64,000 bases of DNA from Candidatus Micrarchaeia archaeon. GTDB lineage: Archaea; Micrarchaeota; Micrarchaeia; Anstonellales; Anstonellaceae. Shown here piece by piece: positions 19,030 through 29,079 of this stretch. The position numbers and the translations under genes were made by a program. Location: the NCBI GenBank assembly GCA_041650255.1, contig JBAZLL010000002.1, positions 38,932-102,931 on the forward strand, given 5' to 3'. Position 1 is the stretch's first letter; every line of letters begins with the position of its first letter. The notes beneath the pieces were generated by a model, which saw only the letters and a list, made by a program, of their open reading frames with translations, did no database searches and was not told where the DNA came from.

Positions 19030-19692
19030 TCAATCATTTAGCATCTTCGCAAGCTCCTTTCCCTCAATCATGTTAAACTTGTTTTTCTTGGCATATTTTT
19101 TTGCATCTTCAAAAGAGAGTGCCTTTCCATCATCAGAAAGCATTTCGCAAACCACCACTGCCGAGCTCATGCCGGCTTTTTGTGCCAATGTAGTGGAATA
19201 TTCCGTATGCCCCTTTCTCTTTTCAAGCCCCTGCGATATAAGAAGCGGAACATGCCCCGGCGAGCAAAAGGACAAAACAAATCCTTCCTGCATCTTCTCT
19301 TTTTTCAAAGAAAGGATTCCCTCAAATTCCATTATTGTCTTTGAGCGGTCATTGTCGGTAATTCCTGTGCGCACCTTGCGCGAATTGATATAAATTGAAA
19401 ATGAAGGCATATCTCCATAAGCCGTCTTTTTTATCGCAAGTTTTCTATAAGTCGGCAAGCCCGCATCCGCCATTCTTTTTGCCATTAATTCAATTCCGAG
19501 CACATTTGCAATTTCTTCATCCGTTGCAAGGCAAATAAGTCCGCCGGCATCCTTTCTCAAAAGCCGGATTTTATCCGGAGTGCAATATTTTGCATGAATT
19601 ACAATATCCGCTTCGCCCTCGCGTTTGGGGTCGTCAAAAATAATAATCGGAGTTCCGGCTCTAAAGTCGGATATAATTTTTTTTAAATTCAT
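19030..19692 (-). CDS. ribB: 3,4-dihydroxy-2-butanone-4-phosphate synthase (archaeal-like)
   Basis: IFDDPKREGEAD, RKDAGGLIC, YGDMPSFSI, GITDNDR, PGHVPLL, RKGHTE, VCEM. Confidence 0.96.
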   Translation of the reverse strand: MNLKKIISDFRAGTPIIIFDDPKREGEADIVIHAKYCTPDKIRLLRKDAGGLICLATDEEIANVLGIELMAKRMADAGLPTYRKLAIKKTAYGDMPSFSIYINSRKVRTGITDNDRSKTIMEFEGILSLKKEKMQEGFVLSFCSPGHVPLLISQGLEKRKGHTEYSTTLAQKAGMSSAVVVCEMLSDDGKALSFEDAKKYAKKNKFNMIEGKELAKMLND

Positions 19693-19731
19693 TATTTCAA
19701 CTCATAATAATTTTCAAAGCTCAAGCGCTCT

Positions 19732-20997
19732 TTATTTCATTTCTTTCTTCTCTAAAATATTCTCAATCGCCTGTTCCAAATTCAGCTCTTTTTGCTCGCC
19801 GCTATTGAGGTTCTTAAGAGTATAAAGCCCGCTTTCCACTTCTTTTTTGCCCATAATAATCGCAAACAAAATCTTGCAGGCATTCGCATATTCAAGCTGT
19901 CCGCGCATTTTTCTCTCGTTCAAATCGGTTTCTACGTTTATGCCCGCCTGTCTAAGCCTGTTTGCAAGCGTTACGCATTCCGCATAATATTTTTCCTCAA
20001 GGCAGACAATCATCACATCTGTCTGTGATGTTGGATCCGCACCCTGATTTCTTATTGCAAAAAGCCGCTCAATTCCAAGCGATATGCCGACTGCAAAATC
20101 GTTTTGCCCGTAAAGCCCAAGCAGATTATCATATCTTCCACCGCCGGCAACCGAGCCGATGTCATCCGATGCTTTTATCTCAAATATCGGTCCGGTATAA
20201 TAGCCGAGACCGCGCACAAGGCTTGGTTCAACATAAACATTCAAAATTCCATAATCATTTCTCAAAAGTTTAAGCAACGCTTCAAGTTCGTTCGCGCCTT
20301 CCTGTGAATATTTTTTGGCAATCTCAAGCGCAGTTTCATTTGTTTCCTGTCTCTCAAGAACGCTATTCATAAGTTCGTTTGCCATCTTTTTGGAAATTCC
20401 GCCCTTCTCAAGCTCGGATGCAACTGCTTCCTTTCCGATTTTGTCCAACTTGTCAAGAGCCCTAAGAACGACTCCCTCTTTCTTTTCAACGCCGAGGGTT
20501 TTTACAATTCCCGAAAGAATTTTTCGGTTATTCAAAAGCACCTTGAATCCACTAAATCCCAATTTTTCAAGAGATTGGCATGCAAGTGCAATCAGTTCCG
20601 CCTCGCATCTCATTGAAGGGGAGCCTACAATATCCGCATCCGCCTGCAAAAATTCCCTAAGCCTGCCCTTTTGCGGCTCCTCGCGCCTCCAAACAGGTGC
20701 GATGCAATATCTTTTGTAAGGCTTTGGCATACTGTTATTTGCCGCAAACCTTGCGGTGCCAACTGTCAAATCAAATCTAAGTGCATATTCGGACTCTTCA
20801 ATTTTGAAAAGCTGACCTGCAATTTCATCTCCCGCTTTTGCAGTTAGGGTTTTCTCCATTTCAATTGCAGGAGTTGAGAGTGGCTGATATCCCCAAGATT
20901 TGTATACTGATGCAATCGTGTCAATCATTTTCTGGCGCGCCATCATCTCTGTGCCGGACCAGTCTTTCATTCCTTTTGGAGTTTGGAATTCTGCCAT
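19732..20997 (-). CDS. hisS: Histidyl-tRNA synthetase
   Basis: QTPKGMKD, LRFDLT, WRREEPQKGRLREFLQ, LVRGLGYYTG, GGGRYD, GIERL. Confidence 0.97.
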   Translation of the reverse strand: MAEFQTPKGMKDWSGTEMMARQKMIDTIASVYKSWGYQPLSTPAIEMEKTLTAKAGDEIAGQLFKIEESEYALRFDLTVGTARFAANNSMPKPYKRYCIAPVWRREEPQKGRLREFLQADADIVGSPSMRCEAELIALACQSLEKLGFSGFKVLLNNRKILSGIVKTLGVEKKEGVVLRALDKLDKIGKEAVASELEKGGISKKMANELMNSVLERQETNETALEIAKKYSQEGANELEALLKLLRNDYGILNVYVEPSLVRGLGYYTGPIFEIKASDDIGSVAGGGRYDNLLGLYGQNDFAVGISLGIERLFAIRNQGADPTSQTDVMIVCLEEKYYAECVTLANRLRQAGINVETDLNERKMRGQLEYANACKILFAIIMGKKEVESGLYTLKNLNSGEQKELNLEQAIENILEKKEMK

Positions 20998-21140
20998 AGG
21001 GGTATAGCTCGCTCTCGCTTTATATGAATTTGTACTTGGAAAAATCGGAACAAATATACAAAAATTAAATTTTTAAAAAAATTAAAATAAAAAATTTAAA
21101 CTAAAAAATTCAAAATAAACATTTAAAATAAAAATTTAAT

Positions 21141-21449
21141 TTATTTTTTGTGGCTTTCAATCCAAGCTTTCAGCGCCGCCTTGGTGCCCGCCCCTCTTCT
21201 GTCAACTATTTTTCCCTTTGAAAAGAGAATAAGCGTAGGAATGCCCGACACCTGATATTTTGCCGCCAGCTCGTCATTCTCATCTACATTTACCTTGCCA
21301 ATTTTCACATCTTTCATTTCTTTTGAAAGCTCATCAATAACTGGTCCAATCATCTGGCACGGACCGCACCAAGGTGCCCAAAAGTCCACGAGCGCCAAAT
21401 TTGAATTTATATGCGCACTAAAATTTTCTTCAGTAAGTTCCACCGCCAT
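21141..21449 (-). CDS. trxA: Thioredoxin
   Basis: DFWAPWCGPC, GIPT. Confidence 0.97.
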   Translation of the reverse strand: MAVELTEENFSAHINSNLALVDFWAPWCGPCQMIGPVIDELSKEMKDVKIGKVNVDENDELAAKYQVSGIPTLILFSKGKIVDRRGAGTKAALKAWIESHKK

Positions 21450-21535
21450 AAAAACACCCCATCAGCATCTCTTACTCAAAAAGATGTTAAAAGCTTAGCC
21501 TAAAAGAGAATTTAAAACCAACCAAATATGCCTGA

Positions 21536-22555
21536 TTATACTCCGAAATACTGCTTGAATTTGGAAGTAACAATCACTTTATTCGTCCTGCCTAAAGGAA
21601 CAAGCTCCACGAATCCTTTTTCTTCAAGCTCTGCAACATCAACATAAATCGCGCTTCCAAGCTTTCTGAACAAATCCCTTTTTGTTATTCCGTTATTCTT
21701 GGAAATAAATGCAAGCGTCTTTAGAGAGTGCGTGGAAATTTCCGCTTCTCCCGCAAACTGCCGAACTGCTGGGGCATAATTTTGCCGCACACGCATCGCC
21801 CATTTTCCATTGTCCTGCACAATTTCTATCGCCGAGCCCTTCTCCTCATAATGTGTAGCAAGCGCCTGCATCATTTTTTGCACTTGCGAAACAGCCGCAA
21901 TTCCGACTAATCTTCCCAAAGAGCTATTGTCAACTCCCTGTCCCGCCATGAAAAGAGCCGCCTCCATTACTTTGGAAGGTTCGTTTTGTGAAATGTAAGG
22001 ATCAAGCTGTATTTGCAATTGCGGTTCTTCTTTTTTCTGCGTTGGCTCTGCCGCATAATTAATTTGAACCGGTTGCGCAAGCGAGCCCATCTGCTCCTGC
22101 ATTGCGCTAAGCTGTTGAGTTTGCACGATTCCGTCTATATGTTCTTGTTCATGCACCAACTGATGAATAGAGCTTGCATAATGCTCTTGGTTATTTTCTG
22201 CTAAATTCGGATTAACGCCCCCATCATCTTTCTGCTCAAGCGCACCGTCATCCAAACTTTTGGCAGATTGTTCCATCGGACCCTTTTCCAAAGAGTCAAC
22301 TGTTTGCTCATTTGCAAGTTTGCTTTTTCTTCCCCGTTTTTTCTTTTGTGCGCCGTTCTCGGGCGAAAAAGTTTTTTCAACAATTTCCTTTAGTTCCAGA
22401 TTGTCAATCTCCTTTTCCTCTTTTTTTGCCTTTGTCTTGTTGTCAAGGACTTCTCCCATTGCGCTTGTTTTTATTACTCCAATCGGTCCTGTCGCGACAT
22501 CTGTTTTCGGCTTTATATAAACATGAACTTTTCCGGTAGTCATACTCTCATCCAC
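21536..22555 (-). CDS. scpB: SMC-Scp complex subunit ScpB with long N-terminal extension
   Basis: C-terminal half MEAALF, LKTLAFI, VAELEEKGFV, TSKFKQYFG; follows scpA. Confidence 0.88.
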   Translation of the reverse strand: MDESMTTGKVHVYIKPKTDVATGPIGVIKTSAMGEVLDNKTKAKKEEKEIDNLELKEIVEKTFSPENGAQKKKRGRKSKLANEQTVDSLEKGPMEQSAKSLDDGALEQKDDGGVNPNLAENNQEHYASSIHQLVHEQEHIDGIVQTQQLSAMQEQMGSLAQPVQINYAAEPTQKKEEPQLQIQLDPYISQNEPSKVMEAALFMAGQGVDNSSLGRLVGIAAVSQVQKMMQALATHYEEKGSAIEIVQDNGKWAMRVRQNYAPAVRQFAGEAEISTHSLKTLAFISKNNGITKRDLFRKLGSAIYVDVAELEEKGFVELVPLGRTNKVIVTSKFKQYFGV

Positions 22556-23333
22556 TCTTTTTTTGTTCGTGCAATCTTATGAAAATTTCTCCAAAGAACG
22601 GGTCTTGGCGCATTGAAACCTTTCCTTCGTTTGCCAAGAATAAAAGCGGCAAAAATGTATATACGACATCCAGTCGGTCTTTTTTGTCCAAGAGATTTGA
22701 AAATGTCACAAGTCCTTCTGTATCCAGTCTGTTTTCTATTTTATCCCAAAGTATTTTCACTTGCTGGTCAATGTTAAACTCGCTCATTTTTATCTCAATC
22801 GGAGTTACGTCCATCGGGGGAATCTGTTTTTGCGCGGTTTTCTCCTCTCTCTCTTTTTGCTCCTCAAATACTTTTTCAACCGCTTTCACAAGCTCGTCAA
22901 GTGTTACCCTTCCTTTCGGTGCAATTCTGCCCTTTAATTCAATAGTTTGTATCTGATTGTAATGCATCGGCTCCACAAACTCATCAAGGCTTGCTTGCAC
23001 CGGCTCGTCAAGATTAATCATATCCGATTTGAATCTAAGTAAAATAGATGCGGCAAGAATAAGGTTTGCAGGAATGCGCAAATCGTCCATTTGCATTTCT
23101 CGAATTGTTTCAATATATTTGTTTGTCACCTGTGCAACATCAATATTCCACGGGTCAATATTGTTTAGCATTACCATCTCGTAAAGTAGCTCGCGCCAAG
23201 TGGGAATTTGCACCATGCGCTCAAGGTTTGTGTCCTGAAGCTGTTCTTTTGAAATCTGTTCAGTCAGCGTCTGCTCGCGCTGTACGCCTGTCATTTGCCC
23301 ATCCGACATGAAAGCATAATCTTCAATAACCAA
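22548..23333 (-). CDS. scpA: Segregation/condensation protein ScpA (kleisin)
   Basis: IDPWNIDV..VT.KY, ANLILAASILLRFKS, VTLDELV, FLPLLFL, QDPFFGEI. Confidence 0.93.
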   Translation of the reverse strand: MVIEDYAFMSDGQMTGVQREQTLTEQISKEQLQDTNLERMVQIPTWRELLYEMVMLNNIDPWNIDVAQVTNKYIETIREMQMDDLRIPANLILAASILLRFKSDMINLDEPVQASLDEFVEPMHYNQIQTIELKGRIAPKGRVTLDELVKAVEKVFEEQKEREEKTAQKQIPPMDVTPIEIKMSEFNIDQQVKILWDKIENRLDTEGLVTFSNLLDKKDRLDVVYTFLPLLFLANEGKVSMRQDPFFGEIFIRLHEQKKSG

Positions 23334-23513
23334 TATAAATACTGGGTAAAACGGTGGTTAAAGAAAAAATTATATGTGTCAAATTCGGCTCTCGTAAGTA
23401 CGGGATAACCCAATTATTTCACCATATATCACATATTCCCATATTTTTTTGGCAAAATTACTCAATTTGAATACTGTTTTTAATTTTGAGCCAAAAATCC
23501 AATTTGTGGAGTT

Positions 23514-24113
23514 TTGAATATGGATAAAATTTCAGAGCTTGAAAAAACAAAAGGAAAAATTTTGCAGGAGCTTGAATGCCCTCTCAAAGCCAGTGCAACC
23601 AATCTTGTTTTTGGCAAGGGAAATGTAAATGCAAAAGTGATGATTATCGGCGAAGCTCCCGGAAAGAACGAGGATTTACAGGGAATTCCTTTTGTGGGAA
23701 AGGCGGGAAAAAATTTGGACGAATATCTAAAGTTTGCAAATTTGAGCCTTGAAAAAGTGTATATTGCTAACATTCTCAAGTACCGCCCGCCACAAAATCG
23801 CAATCCCACCAACGACGAAATCGCAGGGCACACTCCATATCTTTTGGAGCAGATAAAAATTATTTCGCCCGATGTTTTGGTGCCTCTTGGAAATTTTGCG
23901 GCAAAATTTGTTTTGGGCGGTTTTTCTGCGGGTGGAATGAAAAATGTTGAGGGCATTTCAAAATTGCACGGACAAAAACTTGAAGTAAAATTTGAGAGCC
24001 GAAAAATTTTGGTCTATCCGATGTATCATCCGGCGGCGGCAATTTACAATAGAAAGTTGATTGAGGAATTAAAGTCTGATTTTGTACAACTGGGAAAAAT
24101 TCTCAAACAATAA
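23514..24113 (+). CDS. udg: Uracil-DNA glycosylase family 4
   Basis: IIGEAPGKNED.QG.PFVG, RPPQNRNP, YHPAA. Confidence 0.93.
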   Translation: MNMDKISELEKTKGKILQELECPLKASATNLVFGKGNVNAKVMIIGEAPGKNEDLQGIPFVGKAGKNLDEYLKFANLSLEKVYIANILKYRPPQNRNPTNDEIAGHTPYLLEQIKIISPDVLVPLGNFAAKFVLGGFSAGGMKNVEGISKLHGQKLEVKFESRKILVYPMYHPAAAIYNRKLIEELKSDFVQLGKILKQ

Positions 24114-24136
24114 ATCAAAAATACTAAAAATATTTT

Positions 24137-25732
24137 TCATCCCGTATATTTACAAAGCGCATCCGAAACCGGCTTCAAATAAGACACAACGATTCCAAGT
24201 TTGTTCTTTTCCAAAAATACATAAATCATGTGCCAGTCTTTTGCATTAATACCTTTCACGACAAGGAACGCAATGCCATAAATCACATAGCTTATGCAAA
24301 CCGCTATCACAAGCTGAATTATTCCCTGCATTGAAAAATCAAATATTGAGCCCATTCCCGGCAAAGCGATAAAGCTCAATCCGACCATAACCGCGCCTGC
24401 GGCAAACGCTTTAAGAATGTCTGGATGAAGTCTTGCTCCAACCATTTGCCTTGCCTTAATCACGGCGTAAGATTCTCCTATGACTGCGGCAATCGAGCTT
24501 GCAATCGCGGCACCCAAAACCCCAATTATGGGTATAAGCACAATATTAAGTACGACGTTCAGCCCTACTGCAATCGCACTCACCACAAGCAATATCTTTA
24601 CGTGTCCACGCGCGAGCAATGCGTTTCTGCTTGAAATGGATACAAGAGTCGAAATCACAAACGGCGCAAATGCCCATACAAGCCATGCGTTTTCCCAATA
24701 AGGCTTTGCCATTATCTGCAAAATCGGGGCGGAGAAAATTAGGAACATACAAAGGAACGGAATTCCAAGATACATCGTCCATCTCGTGGTTTCGCGAATT
24801 ATATTGCTTGTAAATTCATTTTTGGCTTCAAAATGTTCAACGAGCATTGGTTGTTGTACATCGCTAATTGGAGAAAATATCATCGGTCCGATATTTCTTA
24901 CAATCAGTACAACTGCTGAATATCCGGCGACCACTCCCGGGTTTTCCCCAAGGAAAATGCCAATCATGAGCACATCAATCTGTGTCACAAGCGTGTCCAG
25001 CATTCCGCTGATATAAACCGGCAAGCCGAACGCCGCGTCCCTTCTCAGAATTCCAAAATCAAATTTGGCGGCATTTTCATGCTCTTTGAATTTGCCGTAA
25101 ATATGCCACATCATATACATGGCAACTATTGCCTGTGATGCGGCAAACGCACCCATTATCGTATAAGCGGTTCCAATTCCCGCGGCAATAACTCCGCCGA
25201 TAAGAATTACTTTGAGTACTGCCATTGCCGCACTAGCCGCCGATGAAACTCCAAACTGCTTGAGTGCATTGAGTGTCGAGCCCAAATAAACCAAAAATAT
25301 CAAACCTGTCATTCCAATCATGCAAAGTGGTATCAACGGAATAATCCCCGCGCCATAATAATCTGCAAAAGTCTGCTCGAATATTACTGCAAAAATCGCG
25401 ACAATTATGCAAATACCCGCAAGCGCGGCAATGGACGTCCAAATCTGGGTTTTCACTTTGCCGAACTCTTTTTTCACCATATATGCAGGTATGTATCTTA
25501 TCGCCGCAACCGAAAGTCCGAGCCCACAAAACGAGCTTAGTGTAATTGCAATCGCGTTTGCCTCAAAAAACAAGTCTGCCTGCGCGGGCAATAAAAAATT
25601 GATTATAAGAAGGGTGGTGATGAAACTTATCGCCTTAATTATCCCCATAGAGCCGAATTTGTAAAGCGTGCCTTTTGCAAATGTGTCAACAAGCGCGTGT
25701 TTCTCCTTTTGCGGTGCAGTCATCTCTTCCAT
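24137..25732 (-). CDS. Oligosaccharide flippase (Wzx/MOP family)
   Basis: About 14 TM segments, GLGLSVAAIRYIP, TQIDVLMIG, LNIVLIPIIGVLGAAIAS. Confidence 0.9.
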   Translation of the reverse strand: MEEMTAPQKEKHALVDTFAKGTLYKFGSMGIIKAISFITTLLIINFLLPAQADLFFEANAIAITLSSFCGLGLSVAAIRYIPAYMVKKEFGKVKTQIWTSIAALAGICIIVAIFAVIFEQTFADYYGAGIIPLIPLCMIGMTGLIFLVYLGSTLNALKQFGVSSAASAAMAVLKVILIGGVIAAGIGTAYTIMGAFAASQAIVAMYMMWHIYGKFKEHENAAKFDFGILRRDAAFGLPVYISGMLDTLVTQIDVLMIGIFLGENPGVVAGYSAVVLIVRNIGPMIFSPISDVQQPMLVEHFEAKNEFTSNIIRETTRWTMYLGIPFLCMFLIFSAPILQIMAKPYWENAWLVWAFAPFVISTLVSISSRNALLARGHVKILLVVSAIAVGLNVVLNIVLIPIIGVLGAAIASSIAAVIGESYAVIKARQMVGARLHPDILKAFAAGAVMVGLSFIALPGMGSIFDFSMQGIIQLVIAVCISYVIYGIAFLVVKGINAKDWHMIYVFLEKNKLGIVVSYLKPVSDALCKYTG

Positions 25733-25799
25733 CAAAATCTTCCTACCAAAATCTTCCTACCAAAATCTTCCTACCAAAATCTTCCTACCAAAATCTTCC
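25733..25799. repeat. 14-bp perfect tandem repeat abutting the flippase start codon
   Basis: CAAAATCTTCCTAC x4 (25733-25788) plus an 11-nt partial copy. Confidence 0.95.
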
Positions 25800-25900
25800 A
25801 AATCCAAATCTTTCTATCAATTAACCTCTTATCTGGCATAAATCTGTAGAATATCAAATTGCCTGCTATGCTTTATAACGATTATCTGCCAAAACGCCTC

Positions 25901-27313
25901 ATGGTTCTCTCATTGGGCACGAACGGAGTGCGGGCAAAATTTGACGAACTAAATGCCGGTGCCGCATCTGATTTTGCATACGCATTTGCCAAATTTTGCA
26001 TAAAAGAGGCAAAAAAGAAAAATGTAAAATTGGGGCTCGGGCAAAAGAAAAATGTAAAAATAGGGCTTGCCCGCGACATGAGAAAAACTTCTCCCTGCCT
26101 TTTTGACGCGGTTGCATCCGCAATAATGGAAGCAGGATGCGATGTTTTGGATTTCGGGCTTATTCCCTCTCCGGTTGCGGAATGGGCGCTTGCGCACTAC
26201 AAAGCAGACGGGCTCATAATAGTCACCGCGTCCCATAATCCGCCGGAGTGGAATGCCCTAAAGTTCGTGGATAAAAACGGTGTCGCGGTTTCGCGCGAGC
26301 GCGGGGAAAATTTTGGAGAATATTTGGAAAAGCCGCACGCTCCGGCCCTTGACTGGAAAGAAATTGGAAAAATTCAGAAGATAAATACGGTTTTGGATGA
26401 TTATTCAAAAGACGTGCTTGCAAACATTGACAAGAAAAAAATAAAAAAACTCAAAATAGTTGCGGACCCCGGAAACGGCACATCAACCCTTATTGCACCC
26501 GCTCTTCTTCGCTCTCTTGGCGCGCAAGTGATTGTGATAAACGAACCTCTTGACGGCACATTTCCAAACCGGCTTTCCGAGCCGGCAGAGGCGAATTTGC
26601 AGCAACTCATAAAAAAAGTAAAGGAAACAAAATCCGATTTTGGAGTTGCATGGGATGGCGATGCCGACCGAACAACATTTGTAGATGAAAAGGGAAGATG
26701 GATTGTCGGGGACAAATGCGTTGCAATTTCGGCCAAATGGGCTTTAATGAACGAAAAAAATGCAAAAGAAAAAATGGTTGCGACCACTTCCGCCACTTCA
26801 AAAGTAGTGGAAGACATCGCATCCGCATTCGGGGCAAAAACATTATACACCGACGTTGGCGCCCCCTATCTGGCTGAGCAGATGTGCAAACTTATTTCAA
26901 AAATGGTATCCGGCGGGGAAGAAGTCGGCGGCATCGTTTATCCTAAATTCTCCCTTGCAAAAGACGGAATATTTGCATCCTGCAAATTAATGGAAATAGT
27001 TTCCCAAAAGCCGCTCTCGCAGTGGCTCGATGAGCTTCCCTCCTATTACAATTCAAAGACAAAAATAAGTGCAAACGCAAAGCAAAAGCAAACCGCGCTA
27101 AACTCTATTATTCAGAAAGCAAAATCAAATGCAAATGGTTCGCTCATCCCCCTCATCGGCGGTTTCCGCTTAAATTTCAAGGACTCATGGGTGCTTGTCC
27201 GTGCATCCGGCACAGAAGATTATATTCGCATATTCGCGGAAGGAAAAAGCGAGAAGCAAGCGCAAGAGCTTATGAATGAATATAAAAAGTTGGTTGAACA
27301 AAATCTAAATTAG
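25901..27313 (+). CDS. Phosphomannomutase/phosphoglucomutase
   Basis: LGTNGVR, VTASHNP, DGDADR, GGEE, VRASGTE; TTTATAA box about 25 nt before ATG 25901 suggests a leaderless start. Confidence 0.95.
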   Translation: MVLSLGTNGVRAKFDELNAGAASDFAYAFAKFCIKEAKKKNVKLGLGQKKNVKIGLARDMRKTSPCLFDAVASAIMEAGCDVLDFGLIPSPVAEWALAHYKADGLIIVTASHNPPEWNALKFVDKNGVAVSRERGENFGEYLEKPHAPALDWKEIGKIQKINTVLDDYSKDVLANIDKKKIKKLKIVADPGNGTSTLIAPALLRSLGAQVIVINEPLDGTFPNRLSEPAEANLQQLIKKVKETKSDFGVAWDGDADRTTFVDEKGRWIVGDKCVAISAKWALMNEKNAKEKMVATTSATSKVVEDIASAFGAKTLYTDVGAPYLAEQMCKLISKMVSGGEEVGGIVYPKFSLAKDGIFASCKLMEIVSQKPLSQWLDELPSYYNSKTKISANAKQKQTALNSIIQKAKSNANGSLIPLIGGFRLNFKDSWVLVRASGTEDYIRIFAEGKSEKQAQELMNEYKKLVEQNLN

Positions 27314-27333
27314 CAAATAACGGTGATTTATTC

Positions 27334-28035
27334 ATGAAAGCAATTCTGGTATGTGGAGGGCTCGGAACAAGGCTTCGGCCTCACACTCTTAGCACTCCAA
27401 AGCCCATGCTCAAATTAGGCTCGCGACCAATCGTTTATTATCTAATTGAGCTTCTCAAAAAGAACGGAGTATCTGATATTTATCTCACAATCGGCTATCT
27501 CAAAGAACAATTCAAAACCTATTTTGGCGACGGCTCAAAATTCGGCGTTCGCATACATTATGCGGAAGAGGAGGAAAATCTCAATACTGCAGGTTCCACT
27601 CTCTCAATCAAAAACGAATTCAAGGACACTTTCATCGTAATGATGGGCGACCATTTCACGGAAATTGATTTGAGAAAAATGATGAAATTTCATAAAGAAA
27701 AGGGCGGCATTGCCACGATGGGACTAAAATCAATCGAAACCCAGATAGAATATGGCGTTGTGGAAATAAATGAAAAATGCCACATAAAACAATTTATCGA
27801 AAAGCCGAAAATCCAAAATTACATAAACACCGGAATATACGTTTTTGAGCCGCAAATATTTGATTACATAAAAGAGAAAGAGGACTTTGCAAAAAACGTT
27901 TTTCCCCGCCTTCTAAAAGAGAAAAAACAAATCAACGGCTATTCATTTGAGGAAAGATGGCTGGACATCGGGCAAGCCGAAGACTACGAGAAGGCGCATA
28001 AACTTTTTACTGAAAAAGAGAAAGCGAAAAAATAA
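27334..28035 (+). CDS. Sugar-1-phosphate nucleotidyltransferase
   Basis: GGLGTRLRP.T...PKPM, FIEKP, INTGIY, WLDIG. Confidence 0.93.
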   Translation: MKAILVCGGLGTRLRPHTLSTPKPMLKLGSRPIVYYLIELLKKNGVSDIYLTIGYLKEQFKTYFGDGSKFGVRIHYAEEEENLNTAGSTLSIKNEFKDTFIVMMGDHFTEIDLRKMMKFHKEKGGIATMGLKSIETQIEYGVVEINEKCHIKQFIEKPKIQNYINTGIYVFEPQIFDYIKEKEDFAKNVFPRLLKEKKQINGYSFEERWLDIGQAEDYEKAHKLFTEKEKAKK

Positions 28036-28063
28036 AACTAAAAAAAATTTGAAAAAAATAGAC

Positions 28064-29044
28064 TCAATATTTCCCAAAGTATATTACGACAAAAATCGCA
28101 ATCACAGTTTCAATTCCAACGCAAACAAGCACCAAATTCTTTTCAGTCAGCCCGCCGAAAATGGTTAAAATCAAATCCGCAAAGCCGCGAATTTTTCCTT
28201 TTGGCGCGCGAAGCTTTCCATCCTTACCAAGCTCCGCAAAGCTTTTTGGGAATCCATTTAATGCTTTCAAAAACCAGTCAATAATGTAGGGCAGCATCAA
28301 AATAACTCCTGCCGATTTCAAGCTTGACAATATTACCGCCGCCCCAATCGCCGCTCCGATTGTAAGCGTGCCGACATCTCCCAAAAAGGCGCGTGCGGGA
28401 TACCAGCTAAATTTCAAAAATCCAATGAGTGCTCCAAGCATCGCAACGGACAAAACAGACATCTCAATCTGCCCATGCATAAACGACAAAATTGACAATG
28501 CCGCGAAAATAATAATTCCCATTGACACTTCAAGCCCGTTAAATCCGGCAAGCATATTCGTCAAATTTGAGCAAACGGCAATCGCCAGCGGGACAAGCAA
28601 AATCGCATAAAGAATGCCAAAATCAATTCCTCCAACAAATGGAATTGAAATAATGCTCTGCCCGCCTGCCATTTCTATCGCAACAAGAGGTACTGCCGCC
28701 GCCAGGGGAAGAAGCGCTTTTACAACTTGTCCGACATCCACAAGGTCGTCATAAATTCCAATAATAGCTACGATACAAACAGTAAGCAATGCCGCCATTA
28801 TACCCGCAAGCTCAAAATTGAATCCGAAAAACAAGTGCAAAATAATTCCAACCAAAGCGGAGCCGACAAATCCCGCAACGATTGCGATGCCTCCCATCTC
28901 AACCACTTCGGGCTTTTCTTCCTTGTGCATGTCTTTGCCGACAATTCCGGCAAGCTTAAGTTTTGCAATCACTTTGCCAGCCAAAAACATGGTTGAGATA
29001 ACCGCGCTAAAAAACACAATTGCAAGAAAAACAAGTTGTTCCAT
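28064..29044 (-). CDS. UDP-GlcNAc:polyprenol-phosphate GlcNAc-1-P transferase (GT4/AglH-like)
   Basis: EMGG, GIYDDL, NLTNMLAGFNGLE, FLGDVG. Confidence 0.9.
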   Translation of the reverse strand: MEQLVFLAIVFFSAVISTMFLAGKVIAKLKLAGIVGKDMHKEEKPEVVEMGGIAIVAGFVGSALVGIILHLFFGFNFELAGIMAALLTVCIVAIIGIYDDLVDVGQVVKALLPLAAAVPLVAIEMAGGQSIISIPFVGGIDFGILYAILLVPLAIAVCSNLTNMLAGFNGLEVSMGIIIFAALSILSFMHGQIEMSVLSVAMLGALIGFLKFSWYPARAFLGDVGTLTIGAAIGAAVILSSLKSAGVILMLPYIIDWFLKALNGFPKSFAELGKDGKLRAPKGKIRGFADLILTIFGGLTEKNLVLVCVGIETVIAIFVVIYFGKY

Positions 29045-29079
29045 TTGTATGCCTCATTTTAATTTTATTTTGCACTCCT

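Noticed and set aside
18950-19732. FMN riboswitch upstream of the rib genes
   Set aside because: Intergenic gaps are only 40-80 bp and lack RFN-element motifs
21055-21140. Near-pure A/T tract as a replication-origin unwinding element
   Set aside because: No ORB repeats or cdc6 nearby; better explained as a trxA terminator/low-complexity spacer
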